Sequence record: OR062947.1
Direction: 5' to 3' (one strand)
Source of the DNA: Escherichia phage 348Ecol098PP
DNA: 64,000 bases
The translations under genes were made by a program, and so were the position numbers. Below are positions 36,382 through 44,776 of this stretch, piece after piece. A model generated the notes under the pieces. The model was not told the origin of the DNA and searched no databases. It worked only from the letters and a program-made list of their open reading frames with translations. Positions within the stretch are counted from its first letter, which is position 1. The number at the start of each line of letters is the position of its first letter.

Positions 36382-38189
36382 AGAAAGATGTTTTAAATTT
36401 TATTTCAAATAAAGATAAAGAATTAAATACCGAAAACGCCAACAAAGATTCTCGTGTCTTTCCAACAAAAAGAGATTTAATGGCCGGTATTGTTTCTAAA
36501 CATATCGCTTGTCGTATTCTTCCAAGTCATATTGTAAATGCCCATAATGTTGGATTAATTCATTTTCATGATTTAGATTACAGTATATCATTGCCTTTTA
36601 CTAATTGCTGTTTAGTAGATTTAAAAGGAATGCTTGAGAATGGATTTAAATTAGGCAATGCTCAAATTGAAACGCCTAAATCGATTGGTGTTGCTACTGC
36701 AATTATGGCACAAATTACTGCACAAGTTGCTTCTCACCAGTATGGCGGAACTACATTTGCGAATGTAGATAAAGTACTTTCTCCTTATGTTAAACGCACA
36801 TATGCAAAACATATTGAGGATGCAGAAAAATGGCAAATCGCTGATGCGTTGAATTATGCTCAATCTAAAACAGAAAAAGATGTCTATGACGCATTTCAAG
36901 CTTATGAGTATGAAGTAAATACTCTCTTTAGTTCAAACGGACAAACGCCTTTTGTAACAATTACATTTGGTACGGGAACTGACTGGACTGAACGAATGAT
37001 TCAGAAAGCAATTTTGAAAAATCGTATTAAAGGTCTTGGTCGTGATGGGATAACTCCTATTTTCCCTAAGCTTGTTATGTTCGTTGAAGAAGGTGTTAAT
37101 CTTTATAAAGATGATCCGAACTATGATATTAAACAGCTTGCTCTAGAGTGCGCAAGCAAAAGAATGTATCCTGACATTATTTCGGTTAAGAATAATAAAG
37201 CTATTATCGGTTCTTCAGTTCCTGTTTCTCCAATGGGCTGCCGTAGTTTCTTGAGTGTATGGAAAGATTCGACTGGCAATGAAATTCTTGATGGACGTAA
37301 TAATCTTGGTGTTGTAACACTGAATCTTCCTCGTATCGCATTAGATTCTTATATTGGAACCCAGTTCAATGAACAGAAATTTGTTGAATTATTCAATGAA
37401 CGAATGGATTTATGTTTTGAAGCATTGATGTGCAGAATTAGTTCCTTAAAAGGAGTTAAAGCGACTGTTGCTCCTATTCTTTACCAAGAAGGTGCATTCG
37501 GGGTTCGTCTTAAACCTGATGACGATATAATTGAGTTATTTAAAAACGGTAGAAGTTCAGTGTCTTTGGGATACATTGGTATTCACGAATTGAATATTCT
37601 TGTCGGTCGTGATATTGGACAAGAAATTTTAACTAAAATGAATGCTCATCTTAAACAGTGGACTGAAAGAACCGGATTTGCTTTTAGTTTATATTCTACT
37701 CCTGCTGAAAACCTTTGTTATCGCTTCTGTAAACTTGATACAGAAAAATATGGAAGCGTAAAAGATGTTACCGATAAAGGTTGGTACACTAACAGTTTCC
37801 ACGTTTCAGTAGAAGAAAATATTACTCCGTTTGAAAAGATTTCTCGTGAAGCGCCGTATCATTTCATTGCGACAGGCGGTCACATTTCTTATGTTGAACT
37901 TCCAGATATGAAAAACAATTTAAAGGGACTTGAGGCTGTCTGGGATTATGCTGCACAACATTTAGATTATTTTGGTGTTAATATGCCAGTAGATAAATGT
38001 TTTACATGCGGAAGTACCCATGAAATGACTCCTACTGAAAACGGATTTGTTTGTTCAGTTTGCGGAGAAACTGATCCTAAAAAGATGAACACCATAAGAA
38101 GAACATGCGGTTATTTGGGAAATCCGAACGAACGCGGATTTAATCTCGGTAAAAATAAAGAAATCATGCATAGGGTTAAACACCAATGA
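36372..38189 (+). CDS. nrdD: anaerobic ribonucleoside-triphosphate reductase NrdD
   Basis: 605 aa; C-terminal glycyl radical motif RTCGYLG and Zn-Cys cluster; uninterrupted. Confidence 0.9.
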   Translation: MSLEKDVLNFISNKDKELNTENANKDSRVFPTKRDLMAGIVSKHIACRILPSHIVNAHNVGLIHFHDLDYSISLPFTNCCLVDLKGMLENGFKLGNAQIETPKSIGVATAIMAQITAQVASHQYGGTTFANVDKVLSPYVKRTYAKHIEDAEKWQIADALNYAQSKTEKDVYDAFQAYEYEVNTLFSSNGQTPFVTITFGTGTDWTERMIQKAILKNRIKGLGRDGITPIFPKLVMFVEEGVNLYKDDPNYDIKQLALECASKRMYPDIISVKNNKAIIGSSVPVSPMGCRSFLSVWKDSTGNEILDGRNNLGVVTLNLPRIALDSYIGTQFNEQKFVELFNERMDLCFEALMCRISSLKGVKATVAPILYQEGAFGVRLKPDDDIIELFKNGRSSVSLGYIGIHELNILVGRDIGQEILTKMNAHLKQWTERTGFAFSLYSTPAENLCYRFCKLDTEKYGSVKDVTDKGWYTNSFHVSVEENITPFEKISREAPYHFIATGGHISYVELPDMKNNLKGLEAVWDYAAQHLDYFGVNMPVDKCFTCGSTHEMTPTENGFVCSVCGETDPKKMNTIRRTCGYLGNPNERGFNLGKNKEIMHRVKHQ

Positions 38190-38656
38190 ATTATGATAGA
38201 TTTTATCCTTGCGATTTTGTGAATGGCCCTGGTTGCAGGGTCGTTCTTTTCGTTACAGGTTGTTTGCATAAATGCGAAGGGTGTTATAATAAATCAACAT
38301 GGAATGCTAGAAATGGTATTCCATTCACCGGAGAGACACTAGAACAATTAATTGAATGTTTGAATAATGATTATATAGAAGGATTGACTATAACCGGAGG
38401 TGACCCTCTCTATCCTGACAACCGAGATGTTGTTCATTGCATCGTTCAAACAGTAAAAAATCTTTATCCCAATAAAAGCATTTGGTTGTGGACAGGATAT
38501 AAGTTTGAAGATATTAAACAACTAGAAATGCTTAAATATGTTGATGTTATTATTGATGGGAAGTATGAGAAAAATCTTCCGACTAAAAAGCTGTGGCGAG
38601 GATCAGATAATCAGCGACTTTGGTCAAATACCGATGGGGTGTGGAAACATGATTAA
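38186..38656 (+). CDS. nrdG: anaerobic RNR activating enzyme NrdG (radical SAM)
   Basis: CLHKCEGCYN = CxxxCxxC. Confidence 0.85.
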   Translation: MNYDRFYPCDFVNGPGCRVVLFVTGCLHKCEGCYNKSTWNARNGIPFTGETLEQLIECLNNDYIEGLTITGGDPLYPDNRDVVHCIVQTVKNLYPNKSIWLWTGYKFEDIKQLEMLKYVDVIIDGKYEKNLPTKKLWRGSDNQRLWSNTDGVWKHD

Positions 38657-38770
38657 ATTGAATTACATTATGGATACTATAAATGATATGATTTTTCGTT
38701 TTGGCCCAGAATTTTATTCGCAGTATAGTTTGGTGTTTATCAATGTTTGGTTAATCAATTAAGGGTAAAT

Positions 38771-38986
38771 ATGTATAAATTTCGTAAAGGTTTAGCTGAT
38801 TTTCTTACAACTGTAACGTTCTTTTTGTTTATGGCAGTTGGAGCTATTTTTCTTATTCCTTTTACTGTTGTATTTTTCGTGATTAGTTTAATTTCTCCGG
38901 AAAAGGGATTATCCTCCAGCGAATTCAATGAACGTTTGGACAAAATTACTAATAAACTGAATTCTGTTCTTGATAAAAAGGCTTAA
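38771..38986 (+). CDS. small membrane protein
   Basis: Hydrophobic segment. Confidence 0.5.
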   Translation: MYKFRKGLADFLTTVTFFLFMAVGAIFLIPFTVVFFVISLISPEKGLSSSEFNERLDKITNKLNSVLDKKA

Positions 38987-38988
38987 TT

Positions 38989-39306
38989 ATGATTAGTTTT
39001 GAGCGGTATGTGGTAGAGAGTTGGAAAGGTTTTGATATGTTCGGTAATGACTATTATTTCTATGAATGTAGTCTAAATCCTAGTTTTTGGGCTGGACGTG
39101 AACGAGATTTCGAAGAAATTAATGCTCGTGCCGAATTGTTAGGTGAACTGCCTACGGTTTATTTTACCTTTGATGAATCTGGATTTGTTATCCAGGTTTA
39201 TTTTCCTGAAGAAAACTCCGGTGAGGATTCTGTTAATCCTCCTTATTGGGCTTACCAAGGAATTATTTCTCGTGGAACAAAACTCGAACTTAAAGAACAA
39301 GATTGA
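38989..39306 (+). CDS. hypothetical protein
   Basis: 105-aa ORF. Confidence 0.55.
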   Translation: MISFERYVVESWKGFDMFGNDYYFYECSLNPSFWAGRERDFEEINARAELLGELPTVYFTFDESGFVIQVYFPEENSGEDSVNPPYWAYQGIISRGTKLELKEQD

Positions 39307-39595
39307 AATTTATGGCATCCCTGAAGAAGTAGGACGTTGTCCGGGATGTTATACTGTTACAAAACTTTTAAAGGAGCTCAATGCTCCTTATACATTTTAT
39401 AAAGTCCTCACTAATAATGGTAAGATTGAATATGACCGTCCTTTAATCGTATCTCTTGCTAAACGTGCAGGATTCACTTCACTTAATATTCGTTATCCTG
39501 TCATATTTTTAAATGATAAGAAACAAAAGAATATTGCAGAGTTTAAAAAGTCCTTGATTTCATTAGGATATGACTCTGATATCATAGAAGATTGA
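39302..39595 (+). CDS. glutaredoxin-like protein (NrdH-like); start codon uncertain
   Basis: KIEIYGIPEEVGRCPGCYTVTKLL redox CPGC motif; no in-frame ATG after upstream stop, ATT at 39302. Confidence 0.5.
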   Translation: MEIYGIPEEVGRCPGCYTVTKLLKELNAPYTFYKVLTNNGKIEYDRPLIVSLAKRAGFTSLNIRYPVIFLNDKKQKNIAEFKKSLISLGYDSDIIED

Positions 39596-39619
39596 CCAGG
39601 CGGCGCCTGGTCAATCTTC
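39587..39619. repeat. 33-nt perfect palindrome
   Basis: gaagattgaccaggcg-g-cgcctggtcaatcttc; overlaps stop codon of glutaredoxin-like gene. Confidence 0.8.
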
Positions 39620-39704
39620 ATCTCATTTCTAATATAATCCATTGGAATCTTCACTTCACTATCTCCTTGTGCCCCTCTCAAATCGAAAATATTTTCATAA
39701 AACA

Positions 39705-39750
39705 GTTTACATCCTCAATAGATGTGTTAAGATTAAACCATCTACTATAG
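39705..39750 (+). promoter_or_regulatory. early promoter (approximate)
   Basis: GTTTACA with imperfect inverted repeat. Confidence 0.4.
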
Positions 39751-39761
39751 AGGAAAATAAA

Positions 39762-40010
39762 ATGATTAGTTTAGATTCAAAGAAAGTTGTTCTAACTCTT
39801 AATGTAAATAACGAACGTCTGATATTCATTACCATTTCCGATTTGAACGTTGAAATTGCTAATGGCGTCCGTACTTATCAAACGTCTAAAACACATTGGG
39901 ACTATATCCCAATGTTGACGCTTACTCAGCGTTTAGAATCAATCGGTCTTAAAGACCTTTCAGTAAGTGAAGTGAATTTTATCAAACGCATTGTATCAAT
40001 CAACCTCTGA
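39762..40010 (+). CDS. hypothetical protein
   Basis: SD gagga before ATG. Confidence 0.55.
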   Translation: MISLDSKKVVLTLNVNNERLIFITISDLNVEIANGVRTYQTSKTHWDYIPMLTLTQRLESIGLKDLSVSEVNFIKRIVSINL

Positions 40011-40017
40011 GGTACTT

Positions 40018-40311
40018 ATGGGTAAAACGTATCGTCGTAAAGATTTGAAAGTTCGTGATTACGACTATTTTGGTAAACGTAAAGCTCCTGACGGTGTTAG
40101 CCACAGAGACATGGTTGAAAACATTTTCCGCTCAGATAAATGGAAACGTATGAAAGGCGTTGATTCCGAAGTCAAGAATGAAATGAATCGACAACTTCGA
40201 AAAGAAGTTCGTAAGTTGAAAAAAGATGTTTACAGTAAAGAAGATTATGATTATAATACTTCTCATACTGAAGCCAAACGTAAAGCTAACGAATGTTATC
40301 GTTACAGTTGA
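40018..40311 (+). CDS. hypothetical basic protein
   Basis: SD gaggt before ATG. Confidence 0.55.
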   Translation: MGKTYRRKDLKVRDYDYFGKRKAPDGVSHRDMVENIFRSDKWKRMKGVDSEVKNEMNRQLRKEVRKLKKDVYSKEDYDYNTSHTEAKRKANECYRYS

Positions 40312-40318
40312 GGAAATT

Positions 40319-40453
40319 ATGAATATCAAACGAATGCTTTTTAAGCAGGGATTATATACTTTAAATGCTAATCTAAAGGGTGATACAACTAAATGGTCTG
40401 TAAATGACTGGATTAAGTTCATCGACGAAAACGCGGCGTGGAACACAAAATGA
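40319..40453 (+). CDS. small hypothetical protein (44 aa)
   Basis: SD gagga before ATG. Confidence 0.4.
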   Translation: MNIKRMLFKQGLYTLNANLKGDTTKWSVNDWIKFIDENAAWNTK

Positions 40454-40650
40454 ATCCTGAAAATATTGTGTCATGGCAACTTCGTGAAGAACGTGCCGAA
40501 TTCTTTGCCAATATGAAACTCAACGGTGTTGATGATGAAGACTTTTTACGTTGGTTCTGGATTTACAAATACAAAGAATGCCAGCACGCTGTACTACTGA
40601 CTTGCGCAGTTATGTACGAAGGCTGGAAAGGCGCTAAAAAGTTCGGTTAA
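40450..40650 (+). CDS. hypothetical protein
   Basis: ATGA overlap. Confidence 0.5.
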   Translation: MNPENIVSWQLREERAEFFANMKLNGVDDEDFLRWFWIYKYKECQHAVLLTCAVMYEGWKGAKKFG

Positions 40651-40652
40651 TA

Positions 40653-40692
40653 ATGTACAACGATAGGAAGACATGTTATTATCTTCCTATCG
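40653..40692 (+). promoter_or_regulatory. early promoter in 10-bp perfect inverted repeat (PeSL)
   Basis: atgtaca; gataggaaga/tcttcctatc. Confidence 0.55.
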
Positions 40693-40713
40693 TCTTAAAA
40701 TGAGGAAAATATC

Positions 40714-40953
40714 ATGGAACAAGAATTAGACATTACTACATCGAAAAAACGTCTTGAAGTCGTAGTGAATGGTTCAACTATTAAGTTTGTATATGACACT
40801 TTAACTGATGCTATTACCGTTAGTTGTGGTGGAAAGGCTTTTAGTCTAGATTCTACTGAAAACAAATACCCGTTCTATAAAGGTATCTTTGATATGGGTG
40901 TTGATATCAGTGTTCGTCAAGCAAACTATTTACATTATCTTATCACGAAATAA
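40714..40953 (+). CDS. hypothetical protein
   Basis: 79-aa ORF. Confidence 0.55.
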   Translation: MEQELDITTSKKRLEVVVNGSTIKFVYDTLTDAITVSCGGKAFSLDSTENKYPFYKGIFDMGVDISVRQANYLHYLITK

Positions 40954-41001
40954 TGCACAAACTCTTGAGAGCAGAGTATAATGCTCTCATTGGATAATAA
41001 A
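40954..41001 (+). promoter_or_regulatory. early promoter, second copy of the 11477 cassette
   Basis: 45-nt identity with 11480-11524. Confidence 0.65.
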
Positions 41002-41019
41002 ACAACCGAGGAAAATAAT

Positions 41020-41352
41020 ATGTCTACTAAAATCAAAAACGTAGTTAATTCTTTCGCTTTCGATAAAGTTGTTGCTCTTCTGGAATCCGGCAATATTGTT
41101 ACTCCTCAAGTTCTTGACGCGTGGGAATTCCGTCTTTATGAAATCATGCAAAAACACGACCAGAAAATTGGACGTAATTCTATTCGCGAAATTCTAGTAC
41201 AATATATTCTTTCTGAATTTGACGTTGCTGCATTTGGTGTTGAATCTAAAGCTTATCAGAAACATGAAATCTCTGAAAAAACTATCCGTCGTATGAAAAA
41301 TCAACGTAAGAAAAAATTCGTTGACCTGAAAATTGTTAAGGCGGTAAAATGA
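41020..41352 (+). CDS. hypothetical protein
   Basis: Start after promoter cassette; SD gagga. Confidence 0.6.
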   Translation: MSTKIKNVVNSFAFDKVVALLESGNIVTPQVLDAWEFRLYEIMQKHDQKIGRNSIREILVQYILSEFDVAAFGVESKAYQKHEISEKTIRRMKNQRKKKFVDLKIVKAVK

Positions 41353-41576
41353 GCGTATTAACAGAAACTTTGATTAATGACCTGCGTCTAGCTGGTTACG
41401 AAGTTGGTACAAATAGCCTAGGTCTTCCTCAGATTGAAGGGCCTGGATTTATTCTAGAATACGAATTCAAACAATGGTGGTTATATGCTACGGTTGACGA
41501 TGCGTTGAATATTGATTTCGTTGACCAATTTGATTCGTTGGATGCTGCCTTATTTGCAGCAAAGGAAATAGAATGA
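41349..41576 (+). CDS. hypothetical protein
   Basis: ATGA overlap. Confidence 0.55.
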   Translation: MSVLTETLINDLRLAGYEVGTNSLGLPQIEGPGFILEYEFKQWWLYATVDDALNIDFVDQFDSLDAALFAAKEIE

Positions 41577-41731
41577 AACTATCTTGAATCGCTATAACCG
41601 AAGAAAAGTTTGGTGAATTTTAAGTCGACAACTTTATGAAAGTTACGTATCTTTGATAGTATCTCGTGCTTTAAGATAGGTCTCTAAATATTATGATATA
41701 ATAGACCTATGAATTGAGCCAAGAGGTACTT

Positions 41732-42289
41732 ATGACTGAACAAAAACCTAAAAATAACTATGTGAATAATAAAGAGCTTCTCGCCGCTATAATCGAGTGG
41801 AAAAAGGAGCTCTTAAATAATAAAGACCCAAACAAAATTATTCGTCAGAATGATACCATCGGTTTAGCAATTATGCTTATCGCCGAAGGCCTGTCCAAAC
41901 GTTTCAACTTTTCAGGATATACCCAGTCTTGGAAGCAGGAGATGATTGCAGATGGGATTGAAGCCTCTATTAAGGGACTTCATAATTTCGACGAAACTAA
42001 GTACAATAACCCACATGCATACATAACTCGAGCTTGTTTTAATGCCTTTGTCCAACGTATCAAAAAAGAACGTAAGGAAGTTGCAAAGAAATATAGTTAC
42101 TTCGTTCATAATGTCTACGACAGTCATGACGATGATATGGTAGCGTTGGTAGATGAAACGTTTATTCAAGACATCTACGATAAAATGACGCATTATGAAG
42201 AATCCGCTTATAAAGCTCCTGGGGCTGAAAAGAAGGAAGTTGTTAGCGATTCGCCTAGTTTGGATTTTTTATATGAGGATGACAATTGA
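41732..42289 (+). CDS. 55: late-transcription sigma factor gp55
   Basis: [27 protein letters not shown]...[32 protein letters not shown], recalled T4 gp55. Confidence 0.9.
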   Translation: MTEQKPKNNYVNNKELLAAIIEWKKELLNNKDPNKIIRQNDTIGLAIMLIAEGLSKRFNFSGYTQSWKQEMIADGIEASIKGLHNFDETKYNNPHAYITRACFNAFVQRIKKERKEVAKKYSYFVHNVYDSHDDDMVALVDETFIQDIYDKMTHYEESAYKAPGAEKKEVVSDSPSLDFLYEDDN

Positions 42290-42488
42290 CATCTCTAACT
42301 ACTTAGAAGAACCTTTTGACGAAGCAATCCCTTATTTGGTAAAACTGTTGGGTCGTGAATTTAAAATTAATTTTGACATCGACCCTTTGAACCCACATGA
42401 CGTGTCATTTTCGATAAATGGGACTCCGGTTGAGTATGAGTTCTGTATTGAAGAGGATGGACGTTTTTATTTTAATTTAATGAGATAA
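42273..42488 (+). CDS. hypothetical protein
   Basis: ORF overlapping end of 55. Confidence 0.45.
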   Translation: MRMTIDISNYLEEPFDEAIPYLVKLLGREFKINFDIDPLNPHDVSFSINGTPVEYEFCIEEDGRFYFNLMR

Positions 42489-42489
42489 T

Positions 42490-42813
42490 ATGACTACCGA
42501 GATTATTGAAAATAAAGAAGCAGAAGATGCAGTAGCTAAAATGCTACAAGAAATCCAAAAGAAAAATGAAGCTGAAGCACGTAAAAAATCCGAAAAGATT
42601 CTTAAAAAGAATCGTTTTGAACTAAACCGTCTTTATGCTCATGCTCAAGAAGCAGCAATTCAAAACAACTTCGAAGCTTACGAATATGCTATTAAGAAAT
42701 CTCGGGATATTCTACGACAACCATATAACGACAAGCTAATTAAAATCCAGTGGGTTACTACTCGTCAGGCTATTGAGGACATCATTAATGGCGCTAGTTC
42801 AAACAAAGTTTAA
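42490..42813 (+). CDS. hypothetical protein
   Basis: 107-aa ORF. Confidence 0.55.
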   Translation: MTTEIIENKEAEDAVAKMLQEIQKKNEAEARKKSEKILKKNRFELNRLYAHAQEAAIQNNFEAYEYAIKKSRDILRQPYNDKLIKIQWVTTRQAIEDIINGASSNKV

Positions 42814-42994
42814 ACGTCTGAAGCTGAACGCAGGGTTCACCCTTAAATTGGGAGGTCCTCTTTGTGTTAAAATCTCTGAAAAGGAATATCACGACTGTTC
42901 TATTACAGAAATTTGTCCGCCTATTGTAAAGGCAGACCCAAAACAACTCGTGTGGGTTGATTCATTTCAAGTTAAGAAATGGTGGAAACGATGA
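42788..42994 (+). CDS. hypothetical protein
   Basis: Overlapping ORF in different frame. Confidence 0.35.
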   Translation: MALVQTKFKRLKLNAGFTLKLGGPLCVKISEKEYHDCSITEICPPIVKADPKQLVWVDSFQVKKWWKR

Positions 42995-43033
42995 GAGAAA
43001 TCGATTTAGGTATTTTCTGAGAGGTGCTTATGC

Positions 43034-43207
43034 ATGACGAACATCCCGACTTCTGAAAATTTCGATAAAATCCGTAAAGGCAAAGCAGAAAGAATGAGAC
43101 GTTTTAAAGAGTCTTATGATAAAGCTAAAGCCGAAGGAACTATTACATACAAGCCCATTCGATTTAAAAGTTCAAATGAGCCTCTGTACGGTGTACTATG
43201 TGGATAG
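43034..43207 (+). CDS. small hypothetical protein (57 aa)
   Basis: ORF below track cutoff; SD gaggtg; terminator immediately after. Confidence 0.4.
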   Translation: MTNIPTSENFDKIRKGKAERMRRFKESYDKAKAEGTITYKPIRFKSSNEPLYGVLCG

Positions 43208-43230
43208 GAACTCTTCGGAGTTCCTTTTTT
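43206..43230 (+). terminator. rho-independent terminator
   Basis: aggaactc-ttcg-gagttcct + TTTTTT. Confidence 0.75.
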
Positions 43231-43276
43231 GCTTTATAAACGGATGATAGAATGAATTAACTAATGAGGAAATAAT

Positions 43277-44296
43277 ATGAAAATTTTGCACTTAGGCGAC
43301 TTCCATATCGGAGTCAAACAAGATGACCCATGGGTTCAAGATATTCAACGTGACGGTATTCGTCAAGCAATTGAATACTCTAAGAAACACGGGATTAAAA
43401 CTTGGATTCAGTACGGTGATTGGTTTGACGTCCGTAAAGCAATAACACATCGTACAATGGAATTCAATCGTGAAATCGTTGATATGATTTCTAAAGCAGG
43501 CATTCACGTTCATGTCACGATAGGAAACCATGACATGGCGTTTAAGAATACAATAACACCTAACACTGTTTCTGAATTGTTAACTCAATTTGAAAACTTT
43601 ACTATTTACGAGCATCCAACTACTGTAGATTTTGACGGATGTCTGATTGATATCGTTCCATGGATGTGTGAAGAAAATACAGGTGAAATCTTAGAGCACA
43701 TCAAGACTTCTTCTGCAGCGTATTGTGTTGGGCACTGGGAACTGAACGGCTTTTATTTCTATAAAGGAATGAAGTCTCATGGGCTTGAACCTGATTTCTT
43801 AAAGACCTATAAACAAGTCTGGTCCGGCCACTTCCACACAATCTCTGAAGCTGCTAACGTCAAATATATTGGGACACCATGGACCCTTACTGCAGGTGAT
43901 GAGAACGACCCGCGCGGATTCTGGGTATTTGACACTGATGTTGAACGTATGGAATTTATTCCTAATGAAACAACATGGCATCGACGAATCACTTATCCGT
44001 TTAAAGGCAAAATCAATTATTCTGATTATACTAATCTAGCAGTACGTGTTATAGTATCAGAAATTGATTCAGAGTTGACTAAGTTTGAATCTGAACTTGA
44101 AAAAGTAGTTCACTCTCTTCGTATGGTTTCTAAAGTTGATAACAGTGTTGAATCTGATGATGACCAGGAAATCGAGATTAAATCACTTCAAGATATCATT
44201 AAAGAATATATTGACGCGATTCCAGATATCTCAGACGAAGATAGAGAAGCGCTGGTCAAATATTCCAACGAACTTTATATTGAGGCAACACAATGA
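43277..44296 (+). CDS. 47: recombination endonuclease subunit gp47 (Mre11-like)
   Basis: 339 aa; phosphoesterase motifs LHLGDFH, GDWFD, GNHD. Confidence 0.9.
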   Translation: MKILHLGDFHIGVKQDDPWVQDIQRDGIRQAIEYSKKHGIKTWIQYGDWFDVRKAITHRTMEFNREIVDMISKAGIHVHVTIGNHDMAFKNTITPNTVSELLTQFENFTIYEHPTTVDFDGCLIDIVPWMCEENTGEILEHIKTSSAAYCVGHWELNGFYFYKGMKSHGLEPDFLKTYKQVWSGHFHTISEAANVKYIGTPWTLTAGDENDPRGFWVFDTDVERMEFIPNETTWHRRITYPFKGKINYSDYTNLAVRVIVSEIDSELTKFESELEKVVHSLRMVSKVDNSVESDDDQEIEIKSLQDIIKEYIDAIPDISDEDREALVKYSNELYIEATQ

Positions 44297-44550
44297 CTTT
44301 AGATGAATTTAACAATGCTGGTCTCAGGCTTGAAGTCGAAATGGACGTTAAAGATGATGATGGATTCGAGAACACTATCAAGTATTGGATTGAGCCATTA
44401 CGCGTTGAAGGCAATGAAGTTAAAGCAGTTCATGTCTGCACCGACTGGGCTATTGAATTTAGCTTTAATATAATGGACAACGATACTCCTGGCTCTATTC
44501 TTAAAATGGCTGAAGCGTGTATTGAGGACGCGTATAATGACGAAGACTGA
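44293..44550 (+). CDS. hypothetical protein (46.2-like position)
   Basis: 85-aa ORF. Confidence 0.5.
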   Translation: MTLDEFNNAGLRLEVEMDVKDDDGFENTIKYWIEPLRVEGNEVKAVHVCTDWAIEFSFNIMDNDTPGSILKMAEACIEDAYNDED

Positions 44551-44776
44551 TTACGAAATCCATCGTCATGAATTTAGTATTGGTGACGGTTATATTGGTG
44601 TCGTTGAATGGGCTGAGAATTACGAGGAATCAACTCCTCGTTTCTTTGGAACAATGTATGTTACCTGTGAGTACGCGCCAGGTGTTGTTATATATGCAGA
44701 ACTAGATGAATATTTTGCTGATAGAGATGACATGTTAAAATATGTAGAGGACTTCATTCGAAGAGAATACATATGA
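44537..44776 (+). CDS. hypothetical protein (46.1-like position)
   Basis: ORF. Confidence 0.5.
   Translation: MTKTDYEIHRHEFSIGDGYIGVVEWAENYEESTPRFFGTMYVTCEYAPGVVIYAELDEYFADRDDMLKYVEDFIRREYI

Noticed and set aside
36372-38189. Possible group I intron or intein in nrdD (T4 nrdD carries an intron)
   Set aside because: The 605-aa reading frame is continuous with an intact glycyl-radical C-terminus; no interruption visible.
39143-39301. Upstream in-frame ATG extension of the glutaredoxin-like ORF
   Set aside because: The extension is hydrophobic and low-complexity and lies entirely inside the better-supported ORF 38989-39306 in another frame.
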